Positions 39,310 to 52,992 of a stretch of 64,000 bases of DNA are shown piece by piece. The notes beneath the pieces were generated by a model. The model did no database searches and was not told the DNA's origin. It worked only from the letters and a program-made list of their open reading frames with translations. This stretch comes from Octopus vulgaris (taxonomy: Eukaryota), in assembly GCA_951406725.2 (NCBI GenBank), contig OX597826.1, forward strand, positions 24,118,001 to 24,182,000, written 5' to 3'. The position numbers and the translations under genes were made by a program. The stretch's first letter is position 1; the number at the start of each line of letters is the position of its first letter.

Positions 39310-39518
39310 TATGTGTGTGTGTATCTATACACACACATACATACACTTGTTTCAGTCATTGGAGTGTGGCCATGCTGGGGCACTGCCTTGAAGGGGTTTA
39401 GTCACAGAAATCGCCCCCAGTACTTATGTTTTTTTTTTTATTTTGTTTTATTTTTGTAAGCCTGCTATTGATTTCTTATTTGCAATTTTACAACCAAAAG
39501 GCAGAAATATATACATCG

Positions 39519-39749
39519 CTAAAATGACTAAGGGCGCTCATCAGTACCAGTATTGCTAGAAATAGTAGTTAAACAACACCTAGCCACAAGAAAGCACTTA
39601 CCTTATTGACTGATAAGGGAGGTAAGCTATGCCTGGATGCTGTAGGGAGCTTGTCACTCATTAACATAAGTGCTTTCTTGTGACTATGAATTGTTTTAAC
39701 TCTTATTTCTAGCAATACTGGTACTGAATAGCGTCCTTAGTCACTTTAG
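39519..39749. repeat. Fold-back/MITE-like insert with ~82-bp imperfect arms (39519-39600 / 39667-39749)
   Basis: Reverse-complement arms, TA-rich flanks. Confidence 0.7.
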
Positions 39750-39779
39750 TGTCATATATATATATATATATATATATAT

Positions 39780-40454
39780 GGGTTGACCAAAGTCTTGTGA
39801 GTGGATTTGGTAGACGGAAACTGAAAGAAGCCCATCGTATATAAATGTGTGTGTCTCCCCCCCCCCCCAGCATCGCTTGACAACCTATGCTGGTGTATTT
39901 ATGTCCCCGTAACTTAATGGTTTGGCAAATGAGACCAATAGAATAAGTACTATGCTTACAAAGAATAAGTCTTGGGGTCGATTTGTTCAACTAAAGGTGA
40001 TGCTCCAGCATGGCCGCAATCAAATGACTGAAATGAGTAAAAGAGAGTATATATATATATGCATAGGAGCAGCTGTGTGGTAAGTAGCTTGCTTATGAAC
40101 CACATGGTTCCGGGTTCAGTCCCACTGCATGGCACCTTGGGCAAGTGTCTTCTACCATAGCCTCTGGACGACCAAAGCCTTGTGAGTGGATTTGGTAGAC
40201 GGAAACTGAAAGAAGCCCATCGTATATGTATGTATGTGTGTGTATATGTTTGTATGTCTGCGTTTGTCCCCCCCCCCCCCAACATCGCTTGACAAGCGAT
40301 GCTGGTGTGTTTACGTCTCCATAACTTAGCAGTTCGGCAAAATAGACCAATAGAATAAGTAATAGACTTACAGAGAATAAGTCCTGGGGTCGATTTGCTT
40401 GACTAAAGGTGGTGCTCCAGTATGGGTGCAATCAAATTACTGAAATGAGTAAAA

Positions 40455-40460
<6 letters not shown>
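39780..40460 (+). mobile_element. Two tandem SINE family A copies
   Basis: 5'-truncated copy 39780-40045 and full copy 40063-40460. Confidence 0.8.
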
Positions 40461-40488
<28 letters not shown>

Positions 40489-40534
40489 TTATCTATATTG
40501 AACTTAGAACTTATTTTACTTTCACCTCCTCACT

Positions 40535-40565
<31 letters not shown>

Positions 40566-41712
40566 TATATACATATATATGTGGTGGTGGGAAGTATAAG
40601 AAATAGCTATGTTACTTTGTTACATAGATTGAAACGAGAACCCAGGGATGTGTGATTGTTATTCATTTTATCCCAATGAGATAACAAAAATTGCACAAAA
40701 TCCCTCCAAATTTAAAGGTGTGCTTTCTTTTCTTCTTCCTTCTTTTGACCCCATTTTTATTTATTTATATATTTATTTGTTCATGTAGGTCAAGGATACA
40801 TCTGTTTTGTTAATATAACAACCCTCCTTCCTCCCACCCTCTCTCTCTCTTGCCCTAAACCCCTAAATATTTTGTTTCATAACAATTGCCATTTCGTAAA
40901 CTTGTGTTACTTCGTTAAGCTCCTTTCACTCGACCTAGTCATCAACAGCAGCAGTAGGGGCAATGATTGCATCACCACTATCACCATCATCATGATCACT
41001 GTCATCAGCTACAACATAGTTGCTGATGAGCAGAAATCAAGCTGTAAAATCTGGCAGGCACTTAGGTATGATTTCTCGATGGGGTGGGTGGTGGTGGTGG
41101 TTCTCCTATTCTTTTACTTATGGCCATGCTGAAGTACTGCCTTGAAGGGTTTTAGTCAAACAATTTGACCCCTGGACTTTTTGTTTTTTAAAGCCTAGTA
41201 TTTATTCTATCAGCCTCTTTTGCTGAACTGCTAAATTGTGGGAATGTAAACGTGCCAACACCAGTTATGATGAGGTGGGGGACAAACACAGGCACAGACA
41301 CTCAAATATATATCATTATCATCATCATCATCGTTTAACTTCTGCTTTCCATGCTAGCATGAGTTGGACATATGACTGAGGGCTTCACCAGGCTCCAATC
41401 TTGATCTGGCAGAGTTTCTACAGCTTGATGCCCTTCCTAACACCAACCACTCCAAGAGTGTAATGGGTGCTTTTACATGCCACCGGCACGGGGCCAGTCA
41501 GGTGGCACTGGCAACGACCTCGCTCAAATCTTTACACATGCCACCGGCACGGGTGCCAGTAAGGCGATTCTGGTAATGATCACACTCGAATGGTGTCTTT
41601 TACGTGCCACCGGCACGGAGGCCAGATAGCCGCTCTGGCAACGACCACGCTCAGGTGGTGCTCTTCATGCTTGATATATATATATATATATATATATTTA
41701 TTATATAGAAGG

Positions 41713-41763
41713 AGCTTCTACAGGACTAGAACTGTTTCATTCAAGAGAAATCTTCAGGAAGCT
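41713..41763 (-). ncRNA. Type I hammerhead ribozyme motif
   Basis: Identical reverse complement of 44004-44054. Confidence 0.65.
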
Positions 41764-42349
41764 AGTTAACAAGAATTGTATTGGCATTTATACATTTAGG
41801 CAGGTTTAAAGGGGTGTTGGTGGGGGACTTTTTGGGGGTAGGCATAGCGCAAAATATCATACTTGGGGAAGTGGTCAAGGAGTCAGTGTTAAATTAGATA
41901 GAAGAATAAATAAAAAAATAAATAAAAAAATATATATATAAAAAAAAGGGGAATAGAGTTTTAGGTAAATAAGGAGATTCTCACTTATACCTATGCACAT
42001 ATGTATACATATATACACACACATACAAACATATATACATATACATACACACATACATACACACACATATATATACATATATATACACTTACACATACAT
42101 ATACATATCTACACATACACATATATGTATACATACACACACTCACATGCATACACGTATACACACATGTATGTATACACACACACGACCACACATACAT
42201 ATACACACAGAAAGATATATATACACATACACACACATACTCACATACACGCATACACACACATATCCACACACACACATGCACACACAGCACACTAGTC
42301 CCTATATACACATATATACACATACACACATATATACACACACATACAT

Positions 42350-42391
<42 letters not shown>

Positions 42392-42828
42392 GTGTACCTA
42401 TGCATACCTACACATACACACATATATATACACATACAAATACAGACCCATTCCCTAATTTTAATTTTATTATCTTCATTTATTACTTTTGTTATCTTTG
42501 GCTGCTTGGTCACAAACATCTTGGCTATGACAGCCAGTCCATTTATCTGTCTACTGGAAAACAAGCACTCATTCACTCACGCACACTCTTTAGCACGTAC
42601 ACTCACTCATTCATACACTCATACACATACACGCACGCACGCGTTATATTCATACATACATACATCTACATACATTCACGTATATACACATACATCTACA
42701 TACATTCACGTATATACACATACGTACGCGTACCTACAGATTCATGTCTACACTCTTAGAAGGCTAGTCTATACATATACACCAATAAATATAAATACAC
42801 ACACATACATATACACCTACATACAAAT

Positions 42829-42869
<41 letters not shown>

Positions 42870-43084
42870 TATTCACATATATATACACATATATATATAT
42901 ACATACATACATATACATACACATATACACACACGTACATATATATACACACATACACATACATACATATACACACATACACATACATACGTATACATAC
43001 ATACATACATCCATACATCCATACATACATTTATACACATACACACACCCACACGTATACATATACATACATATATATACGCGC

Positions 43085-43125
<41 letters not shown>

Positions 43126-43779
43126 TACACACACATACATATACATACATACATATACAAATATACGCACACACATACATACATACTCATATACACATAC
43201 ACGCACATACACATGTACATGCGTACCCATACACACACACACACACGCGCGCATCCATATATACACATAAGTACACACATGCGTAAAAGTATACATATAT
43301 CTATGCTTACACATACACACACACGCGCCTCCTTATATTCATACTTACATGCATACTCAAAAAATAAGTAAATAGTAAAATATATATACGCGCAGTTATT
43401 CATACATGCATACTCAAAAAATAAAATAAATATTAAGTATATGTACGTGCAGTTACCTATTATATAGACGGATACATACATATAAACTTACACACATATA
43501 TATATATATACATATATATACATACATATATACACATATATATACATATACATATATATACATATATATATGTATACACACACACACATACACATATATA
43601 TATATATACATACTTACACACATGTACAAATATATACACACATAGATAACTCTACGTACATACATATACATAAACACACGAGCGTACGCGTATATGTACA
43701 TATACACATACACATACACACGCATATATATACATACATACATACACATACACACATATATACACACACACACATATAC

Positions 43780-43842
<63 letters not shown>

Positions 43843-44003
43843 TATTTATTTTTTTATTTATTCTTCTATCTAATTTAACACTGACTCCTTGACCACTCCC
43901 CCAAGTATGATATTTTGCGCTATGCCTACCCCCAAAAAGTCCCCCACCAACACCCCTTTAAACCTGCCTAAATGTATAAATGCCAATACAATTCTTGTTA
44001 ACT

Positions 44004-44054
44004 AGCTTCCTGAAGATTTCTCTTGAATGAAACAGTTCTAGTCCTGTAGAAGCT
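44004..44054 (+). ncRNA. Type I hammerhead ribozyme motif
   Basis: agcttc CTGAAGA t-ttc-tctt-gaa-t GAA acag-ttctagtc-ctgt A gaagct. Perfect 6-bp stem I, 4-bp stem III and GUA site; first stem II pair is U.U. Confidence 0.7.
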
Positions 44055-44193
44055 CCTTCTATATAATAAATTAATTTTACTCTGCTATGTATTGAGTACC
44101 TTATTTACTGTGGTTAACCCCGAATCAACCCGGGACCTACATATATATATATATATATATATATATGCTTGATATATATATATATATATATAT

Positions 44194-44508
44194 ATATATC
44201 AAGCATTAAGAGCACCATCTGAGCGTGGTCGTTGCCAGAGCGGCTATCTGGCCTCCGTGCCGGTGGCACGTAAAAGACACCATTCGAGTGTGATCATTAC
44301 CAGAATCGCCTTACTGGCACCCGTGCCGGTGGCATGTGTAAAGATTTGAGCGAGGTCGTTGCCAGTGCCACCTGACTGGCCCCGTGCCGGTGGCATGTAA
44401 AAGCACCCATTACACTCTTGGAGTGGTTGGTGTTAGGAAGGGCATCAAGCTGTAGAAACTCTGCCAGATCAAGATTGGAGCCTGGTGAAGCCCTCAGTCA
44501 TATGTCCA
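44194..44508. repeat. Inverted near-identical copy of 41365-41680 (family D fragment)
   Basis: Reverse-complement match with 2 differences seen; a further partial copy follows at 44509-44628. Confidence 0.85.
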
Positions 44509-45420
44509 TGCTCAGATGGTGCTCTTAATGCTTGATATATATATATATATATATATGAAGCATTAAGAGCACCACCTGAGCGTGGTCGTTGCCAGAGCGG
44601 CTATCTGGCCTCCGTGCCGGTAGCACGTATATATATATATATATATATATTTATGGGTCTAGTTTGTGTGGTTTCAAAAATTAAAATTTATCGGAAATTT
44701 TAAAATCTGGCTGAATAATATATTTTTTCCAAGCAGAATTGCTGGAAATATTTCACTTCTTCCAGAAAAATGTTTTTAAAAAGTTATAGCGGTTTAAAGT
44801 CTGATCATTTTCACCAAGGAAACAGGATTTGGAAGCTGTCATTTTATGTGTCATTGCACATTTTGTCACAAACACCCACAAAATAGCATGTGTTGTCAAG
44901 AAAAAGTAAACAACGCATATTTTTGTTTAAAGCATTGCGGGCGATGCAGTACCTTGCCCCACTTGGTTCCAGGTTCCAGGTGTGACACCTTGGGCAAGTG
45001 TACTTATACCTCAGGTCAACCAAAGCCTTGTGAGTGGATTTGGTAGATGGAAACTGAAAGAAGCCTATATATGTGTGTGCTTGTGTGTATGTTTGCATGC
45101 CTATGTTTGTCCCCCCACCATTGCTTCACAACTGATGTTGGTGTGTTTACGTCCCCGTAACTTAGCAGTTCAGCAAAAAAGATACTGATAGAATAAGTAC
45201 TAGGCTTATAAAGAATAAGCCCTGGGATCGATTTGATTGACTAAAGGCGGTGCTCCAGCATGTTGCAGTCAAATGAGTGAAACACATAAAAGAATATATA
45301 TATATAAAATATACACGAATATATATATTATATACACGATATATAGTATATACACGAAAGAGAAAGAAATGGGCTTCTTTCAATTTCCGTTTATCAAAAT
45401 ATATATATATATATATATAT

Positions 45421-45664
45421 ACAGCTAGAAGAAAATAGAGGGGATCCAGAGGTAGTATACATCAACTGTTAGACATTATATTATGTCTAACAGTTGATGC
45501 TTACTACCTCTGGATACCCTACAATTTTTTACCCTCGCCATTTATTACGCTCCGTAGTATAATTACCATGCAATAATCAACACTTGGATATTCTACCAGC
45601 AGTATATTGGATAGATATTATCCCTTAGTTGGTTGGATTCACATCCTCTAACTCTCTTTGAATG

Positions 45665-45668
<4 letters not shown>
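45421..45668. repeat. Short fold-back (45439-45520) plus tail related to the 17217-17390 tail
   Basis: Inverted arms; shared accagcagtat(a/t)ttggata block; (TA)n flanks. Confidence 0.7.
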
Positions 45669-45694
<26 letters not shown>

Positions 45695-45695
<1 letters not shown>

Positions 45696-45857
45696 ATGAA
45701 AATAGTAATGCAATACGAGAGTATTGCTTTCCAGTAAAGGATAGCCCGTAAGGGTAAAATTATACATATAAAAGTAAATAAATGGCACAACGAAGCACCG
45801 ATATTTTCAGTAAATATCAGTGTTTCGTTGTGCCATTTATTTACTTTTATATGTATA
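45695..45857. repeat. Short fold-back (45761-45806 / 45812-45857) with tail on the left
   Basis: 46-bp inverted arms between (TA)n runs. Confidence 0.75.
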
Positions 45858-46243
45858 TATATATATATATATTGAAAGTAGTTTGTCATGTGTATATATA
45901 TATATCATGATGATGATGATGATATATATATATACACATGACAACTTCTTTCAGTTTCTGTCTAACAAATGCATTCACATGGCTTTGGTCAGCCTGAAGT
46001 ATGGCACCTTGGGCAAGTGTCTTCTATCACAGCCTCAGACCAACGAAAGCTTGTGTGACACTTGCCCATGGTGCCACGCATAGGGACTGAACCTGGAACC
46101 ATGTGTTTGGGAAGCAAACTTCTTACCACACAGCCACACTTGCACCTATTAGATTTTTTTAACTGTTATTTTATTAGTTTCAGTACTATAAAATAACCAC
46201 AAATCTCACCTCAAATTCTATCTCAAGCTTAACATTTTGATAG

Positions 46244-46296
<53 letters not shown>

Positions 46297-48124
46297 TGTA
46301 GAAAATGGGAAACAGAGGTGGAATGGACCACTGATGATATTTTGGGTGGTGAGGGCAGGATGTTTGTTGTGTTTCTCTTATAGAATCTTCTAAGAATTGT
46401 ATTCATTCATTCTCCCCTCTTCTATTATGTCTTTTCAAGCACACACACACACTAATCACATTACTACACATTTTGGGGAAAGAGCAATAATTGAAATGAA
46501 ATAGATGGGAAGGAAGGGTCTCTGGGTGACAGAGAGAGTGTGTGTGTGAGTTTCTGATGCTTGCCATATCCTCTCACTGCCTACTCTGCCTGAAGCAACT
46601 TTTCCTCCTCCTCTCCTCCCATCTTCCCACCCCAACTACTACTACCACCACCACTGCCGCTACTGCTGTTTAAGTACCAATGACAGAACCTGTTAGAAAT
46701 AGCTGCCAGTCCTCCCTCAAACCATATCCCCTTGTTTCAGAATAAAGCACAATGTATTGGACAATGAGTTGGTCTCAGATCAATATTCAAAATAAAACAG
46801 AATGGTCATGGCTGGAACACTTCTGATCACAGTTTGGATCAGTCAAGACTGACCTCAAGCTAATTTCCTCCTCCTCCTCCTATCACTACTACTATACCCA
46901 CCTTCTGTGTCATTTCCTTTGTCCAGCATAGTCCTGTCATTCACCTCCTACCACCTATAAACTTCTCCCATCCATCTTCTGCATCCTCCTGTTTTTCTAT
47001 TTGCCTTTGTCCAGTGTCCCTTTCTATTAACATAATCTACCACCATCACCAGCCTTTTCTTTGTCCTCTGACTCCTACCAGTGAAAGCTTTTCCTCCTCC
47101 TTCAACCTCATCTACCTTGTTCCAGTGGCTCAACACTGATGATTAAGACTTTGATTGGTCAAATCCAGTGGTTCTCAAGTGGGGGTTCACATAAGATTTT
47201 GTTGTTAAAATCTATGTGCAACAAACTGGTTACACTTCTCTAGTACACAAAATATTTTAACAATTTTTTTCTATACAATTTCTAGTAATATTTAATCATA
47301 AAGATTATTCTTTTCTACTCTAGGCACAAGGCCTGAATTTTTTTTTTTTTTTTTTTTGGTGGGGAGGGCAATCAATTAGATCGACCCCGAAAGGTTGAAA
47401 GGCAAAGTCAACCTCAGTGGAATTTGAACTCAGAATGTAAAGACAGACGAAATACTGCTAAGCATTTCACCCGGTGTGCTAACGTTTCTGCCAGCTCACC
47501 ACTTTAAAAATACAATAAGGTTATTGAAACAACAAATGGCTACAAGGATTCCCCCTGAGTAAAATAGGTACCAAAGGGGTCCAGAGGTAAAAAAAAAAAA
47601 AGGTTAAGAAACACTGTGCTAGACATAGCAGCCAAATATACCTCAGATTACTCTGTCAATGGTAATGTTTATTTATTCTCATTCTTTTGAATTAATCATG
47701 CATTATCTTGTAACTTTGAAATTTAAATGATGTTATTGTTTGTTTTTAGAAAGACAGTGTAAGTTAGGTGTGAGAGGCTAGATCTGGCTGGTTTGAGCAT
47801 AAAACACACAATATTTTGGCTGGACATGGATGGTTTAAATGCTAACAGGTCAAATAAGATGCACCAAAATCAGGAATGAAATAGCATGAAATTTTGAAGA
47901 TAAGCATGGCTGTGTGGTGAGAAGTTTTCTTTCCCAACCACGTGGTTCTGAGTTCAGTCCCACTGTGTGTCACCTTGCACAAGTGTCTTCTACTATAGCC
48001 TCAGGTCAGTTAAAACCTTGTATATGTATTTGGTAGATAGAAACTGAAAGAAACCCCTTGCGAGTGTGCGTCTTTGTGTCTGTATTTGTCCCCCAGTACC
48101 AACAGCAACTGAAAGAAGCCTGTC

Positions 48125-48163
<39 letters not shown>

Positions 48164-48166
<3 letters not shown>

Positions 48167-48505
48167 ATTATAATTTAGGGTATCTAAGAGATACCACCAT
48201 GCTGGAAATAGCAGCCAAAACTTGACTAAACCACATTAAATGTTCATAGAGTACCAGGAGAGAAGACAAAAGGACAAAATAAACTAGCAAAAGAATAGTT
48301 TATTTTGCCTCTTTGTCTTCTCTCTTGGTGCTGTATGAATATTTAATGTGGTTTTAGAGTCAAGTTTTGGCTATTTCCAGCATGGTGTTATCTCTTAGAT
48401 ACCTTAAATTATAATTTTAATAATTATTAGCCTGTGAAGGTTTATATTCCCATGCTGGCCAGCTGATAAGATCGGTATTTAAATGCCGATCTTATCCTTA
48501 TTTAT
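48164..48505. repeat. Fold-back insert (arms 48164-48286 / 48296-48418) with tail containing a 32-bp hairpin
   Basis: ~120-bp imperfect inverted arms; gataagatcggtattt/aaatgccgatcttatc at 48465-48496. Confidence 0.8.
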
Positions 48506-49885
48506 ATAAATACACACACACATATATACACACACACACATATGGTGGGCTTCTTACTCATTGCTGCAGTCACTCACAAGACATATAGTGAAAGTCACTT
48601 GTCCAAGGTAAGGTACTGTGCATTGGAATTGAACCCAAAACCACATGGCTACAAAGCAGGTTTCTTAACCACAAAGCTATGATGTCTTTGAAAAAAATTG
48701 AAATTAAACCTTGGGATAACTGGTATTGTCAGTTATGACAATGAGGGTTCCAGTTGATCCAATCAACGGAACAGCCTGCTTATGAAATTAGTGTGCAAGT
48801 GGCCGAGTACTCCATAGACACACATACCTTTAATGTAGTTCAGAAGGAGATTCAGTATGACACAGATTGTGTCAATGCTGGGTCTTTGAATTATAGGTGC
48901 TACTTTCTTTTGCCAGCTGAGTGGACTGGAGCAAAGTGAAATAAAGTGTCTTGCTCAAGAGCACAATGTGCCACTAGGAATTGAACTCACGACCTTACAA
49001 CCATGAGCTGAATACCCTAACCACTAAGGCACATGCTTTCACATTTTGGATCAACATCAAAATAAAAATCAAATGGAAATTGTAGTTGTGATACCTGTGC
49101 CAGTGGCACGTAAAAAACACCATCCAGACGTGGCTGATGCCAGCACCGCCTTGACTGGTGTCTGTGCCAGTAGCACGTAAAAAGCACCAACTGATCGTGT
49201 ATGTTGCCAGCCTCCTCTGGCCCCTGTGCCGGTGGCATGTAAAAAATACCTACTACATTCACGGAGTGGTTGGCGTTAGGAAGGGCATCCAGCTGTAGAA
49301 ACACTGCCAGATCAGACTGGAGCCTGGTGCAGCCTCCTGACTTCCCAGATCTTGGTCAAACCGTCCAACCCATGCTAGCATGGAAAACGGACGTTAAATG
49401 ATAATGATGATGGTGATCTCCTGGATACTTTTTCTGAAAATAAATAGAGATGATCATGGTTGGAACACTTTAATTGAGGTCTTCTTGATCAGAGCTGATC
49501 TGAAGTTAAACAATAACCCCAGCTGCTGCTGCTGCTGTTACCCAGTGTGATAGCATCACAGCAGGAGTTGGGACCTCTTTAGTACCAAGAGTGAACTACA
49601 AGTACATATGAACTTTTGGGGGTGCATCTGTACCAAGGAAAAATAATGAATCTTTTAACTTTACAATGTCACTTGAAATTGTCCCTTATATTTTTATGGC
49701 TTCATTGGGTCTTTGTAAGTGGGGACATTTTCAAACATGAATGTGGATGCAATTTCACTCAGTAGTAAAAGGGCTCCTCTACACCTGCTCAATGCAATCG
49801 CTTGACATGCTAGAAACAGCAGCTAAATTAAAACAAAAAAGGACACATCAAACAGTATAATCTCAGATATGCTATGCTTTGAAAA

Positions 49886-50263
49886 AATGTAAATGAGTAG
49901 AATGCATTTTGATTATAGGTCTTTCAAGTAAAGCCGATAAGGGGTTTAAATCTTTTAATACCAATCCATCTGAGCCAGCCCCGTGGTTCTAGTATGCAAA
50001 TTTTTTTTTTTAAATGATCTAAAATTCAAATCTTCCATCAAAATTTCCTGTTAATTTATGTTCCAAGCACCAGAATGTAAATGAATAGAATGCATTTTGA
50101 TTATAGGTCTTTTAATTAAGGCTGATCAGGGGTTTAAATTTTTTAATACCAATCCATTTGAGCCAGCCCTGTGATTCTAGGACACAAATTTTTTTGTTTT
50201 AAAATGATTTCAAATTCAAATCTTCCATCAAAATTTCCTGGTAATTTATGTTCCAAACACCAG
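49886..50263. repeat. Diverged tandem duplication, 2 x ~188 bp
   Basis: Units 49886-50073 and 50074-50263 align end to end. Confidence 0.85.
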
Positions 50264-52992
50264 ATTAATAATCCTTTCTACTATAGACAGAAGGTGTGAA
50301 ATTTTGTGGGAGGGTCTAGTTGATTACATCAATCCCACTGTTTCACTGGTACTTAATTTATCGACCCCTAATTGATGAAAAGCAAAGTCGACCTCGACGG
50401 AATTAGAACTCAAAATATAACAAACACCTGATGGCTGGTATATTTTTAATAAATTTTGAAAATGAATTGAAACAAGGCAAAGGTGAGTGTATGCCAACAG
50501 AAATATTATAACTAAAGGTTTAAATCACTGCAACTACTATCACTGATACCACCACCACTACTACTATGACTAGAGCACCACCATCTACTTCTACTACTAC
50601 TACTACTACTACAACCACCACTACCACTACTATTACTGCTACTACAACTACTGCTGCTACTTTCTACCCACCCCTATTTTACAATGAATCTCTGTTAGTT
50701 TCAGTTATGGGTATTCAACTGTTTGATAACCTTAATTACAAAGCTTATTCAGCTGAAGTGTGGCTGAGTATTCCACAAACATGTGTGTCCCCACTCCCTT
50801 AATGTTATTTTCAGGCTGACTCAGTGTGACAGTTTACAAAGGCTGGACCTTTGAAATTGTTGTCAAACAGTGGTGGGGGACAAACACATACATGGACACA
50901 TACATAGATATATACGTGCATATATGACAGGCTTCTTTCAGTTTCCATCTACCAAATCCACTGACAAGGCTTTGGTCGACCCGAGACTATACTAGAAGAC
51001 ACTAGCCCATGGTGCCATGCTGTGGGACTCTTACCGCATAGCTATGCCTCTGTGTGTGTGTGTGTGTGGTGCCTCTTCATATGTTGTTTTAATGTGGCAC
51101 TGTTTGACAAGCAGAGTTATTGACTTATGTCCTCATGACTTAGCAGTCTGATACAAACTGATAAAATAAATAGCAGACTTCAAAGAAAAGGTTCTTATTT
51201 CTTTATTGCCCACAAGGGGGACAAAGAAGGACAGACAAAGGGATTTAGTCGATTATATCGACCCCTGTGCATAACTGGTACTTAATTTATCAATCCCGAA
51301 AGGATGAAAGGCAAAGTTGACCTCGGCGGAATTTGAACTCAGAACGTAACAGCAGACAAAATACCTATTTCTTTACTACCCACAAGGGGCTAAACATAGA
51401 GTGGACAAACAAGGACAGACAAAGGGATTAAGTTGATTACATTGACACCAGTGCTAACTGGTATTTAATTTATCGACCCCGAAAGGATGAAAGGCAGAGT
51501 CAACCTCGGCGGAATTTGAACTCATAACGTAATGGCAGACGAAATACCGCTAAGCATTTCGCCTGGTGTGCCAATGTTTCTGTCAGCTCGCCTTCAAAGA
51601 AAAGCTTCTGGGGTCATTTTGATTGACTAAACCTTACGCAGTTTAGGCCACAGCACGGCCACAGTTCCAAGCTAACATACAGAGCAATGAAAGCATCAAC
51701 TGAAATATGACTACTAAAAAAACAAACAAACAGCATAATGCAAACATCAATATGAAAAGAAGAAAAATAAACAACTAAAAAAAAACACTATGAAATATGA
51801 ATGTATATTATCTTACTCATTTCTGCATCATCATCATTGCTTTGTTTGTTTTTCTATGCTTGTATTGGTTGAGTGAATTTGTTGCATTGCTGTGTTAAAA
51901 ACTACCGCCTTTATTGTTGTATATTCTTTTGTTCTTTGAGTCAGCTGACTGCAGCCATGCTTGATGGGTTTTAGTCAAACAAACCGACCCTGGGACTTGC
52001 TTTTTCCTTTTTAAGCCTAGTACTTATTTTATTGGACTCTTTTTCTGAACTGCTAAGTTATGGGGAAGTGAACACCAACGTTAGTTGTCAAGTGGTGTTG
52101 GTGGGTAAAAGTGCCGACACAAAGACACACACACATAAGTATATATACGTATATACATACATACATGGCAGGCTTCTTTCAGTTTCTGTCTACCGAATCC
52201 ACTCACAAGACTTTGGTTAGCCTGAGGCTATAGTAGAAGTTACTTGCCCAAGGTGTCACACAGTGGGACTGAAACTGAAATCTTGTGGTTGGGAAGTCAG
52301 CTTCTTACCACACAACCACACCTTTCATTTTTTTCTTTACATTTTCACCTGGATGCGTTCCTAAATGGCCAGTCTCTTTACAGCATAGCCTGGGTCCATT
52401 CTCAGGTAAAATCCTTTGTATCAGTGGTTCCCAACCATCTTTTAATCCATCAACCCTATTGATTCCTGTTTTTCTTGGGAAGGTGCGGTGGGGTGGGGGC
52501 TCATACCCATTCAATTCTTTTTACTCGTTTACTTGTTTCAGTCATTTGACTGCGGCCATGCTGGAGCACTGCCTTAAAGAATTTTTTAGTCAAAGAAATT
52601 GACCCCAGGACTTATATTTTGTAAGCTTAATACTTATTGTATCAATCGCTTTTGCCAAACCGCTGAATTATGGGGACAAAAACACACCAACATTGGCTGT
52701 GAAGTGATGGCAGTGTTGGGGAGGCAAACACATACACTGCCAGATCTGACTGGGCCTGACGAAGCCTTCCAGCTTCACAGACCCCAGTTGAACCGTCCAA
52801 CCCATGCTAGCATGGAAAGTGGACGCTAAATGATGATGATGATGATGATGATGATATATAAGTTCAGCAGAATTTAGATTCAAATGAATATGGTACTTAA
52901 GTTAGATACACCAGAATTTTGTATGGTATTATCCATATAAATCTATGGGGTGATTATAATCAAAATAAGCAACAAGAATAACTTCGGTAATT

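Larger units (their letters stand above)
41696..44141. mobile_element. 2.4-kb fold-back element: ~245-bp inverted arms (41696-41940 / ~43829-44071), microsatellite-rich interior, 70-bp tail
   Basis: Near-identical inverted arms, (TA)n flanks and a hammerhead in each arm. Confidence 0.85.

Noticed and set aside
41875-43878. Long His/Thr/Tyr/Ile or Val/Cys/Met ORFs (up to 292 aa), also at 0.4-2.4 kb and 55.2-55.9 kb
   Set aside because: Translations of TA/CA/TACA microsatellites, open in several frames on both strands.
46920-47140. Possible CR1-like 3' end (VLSHWNK)
   Set aside because: Motif too short and degenerate.
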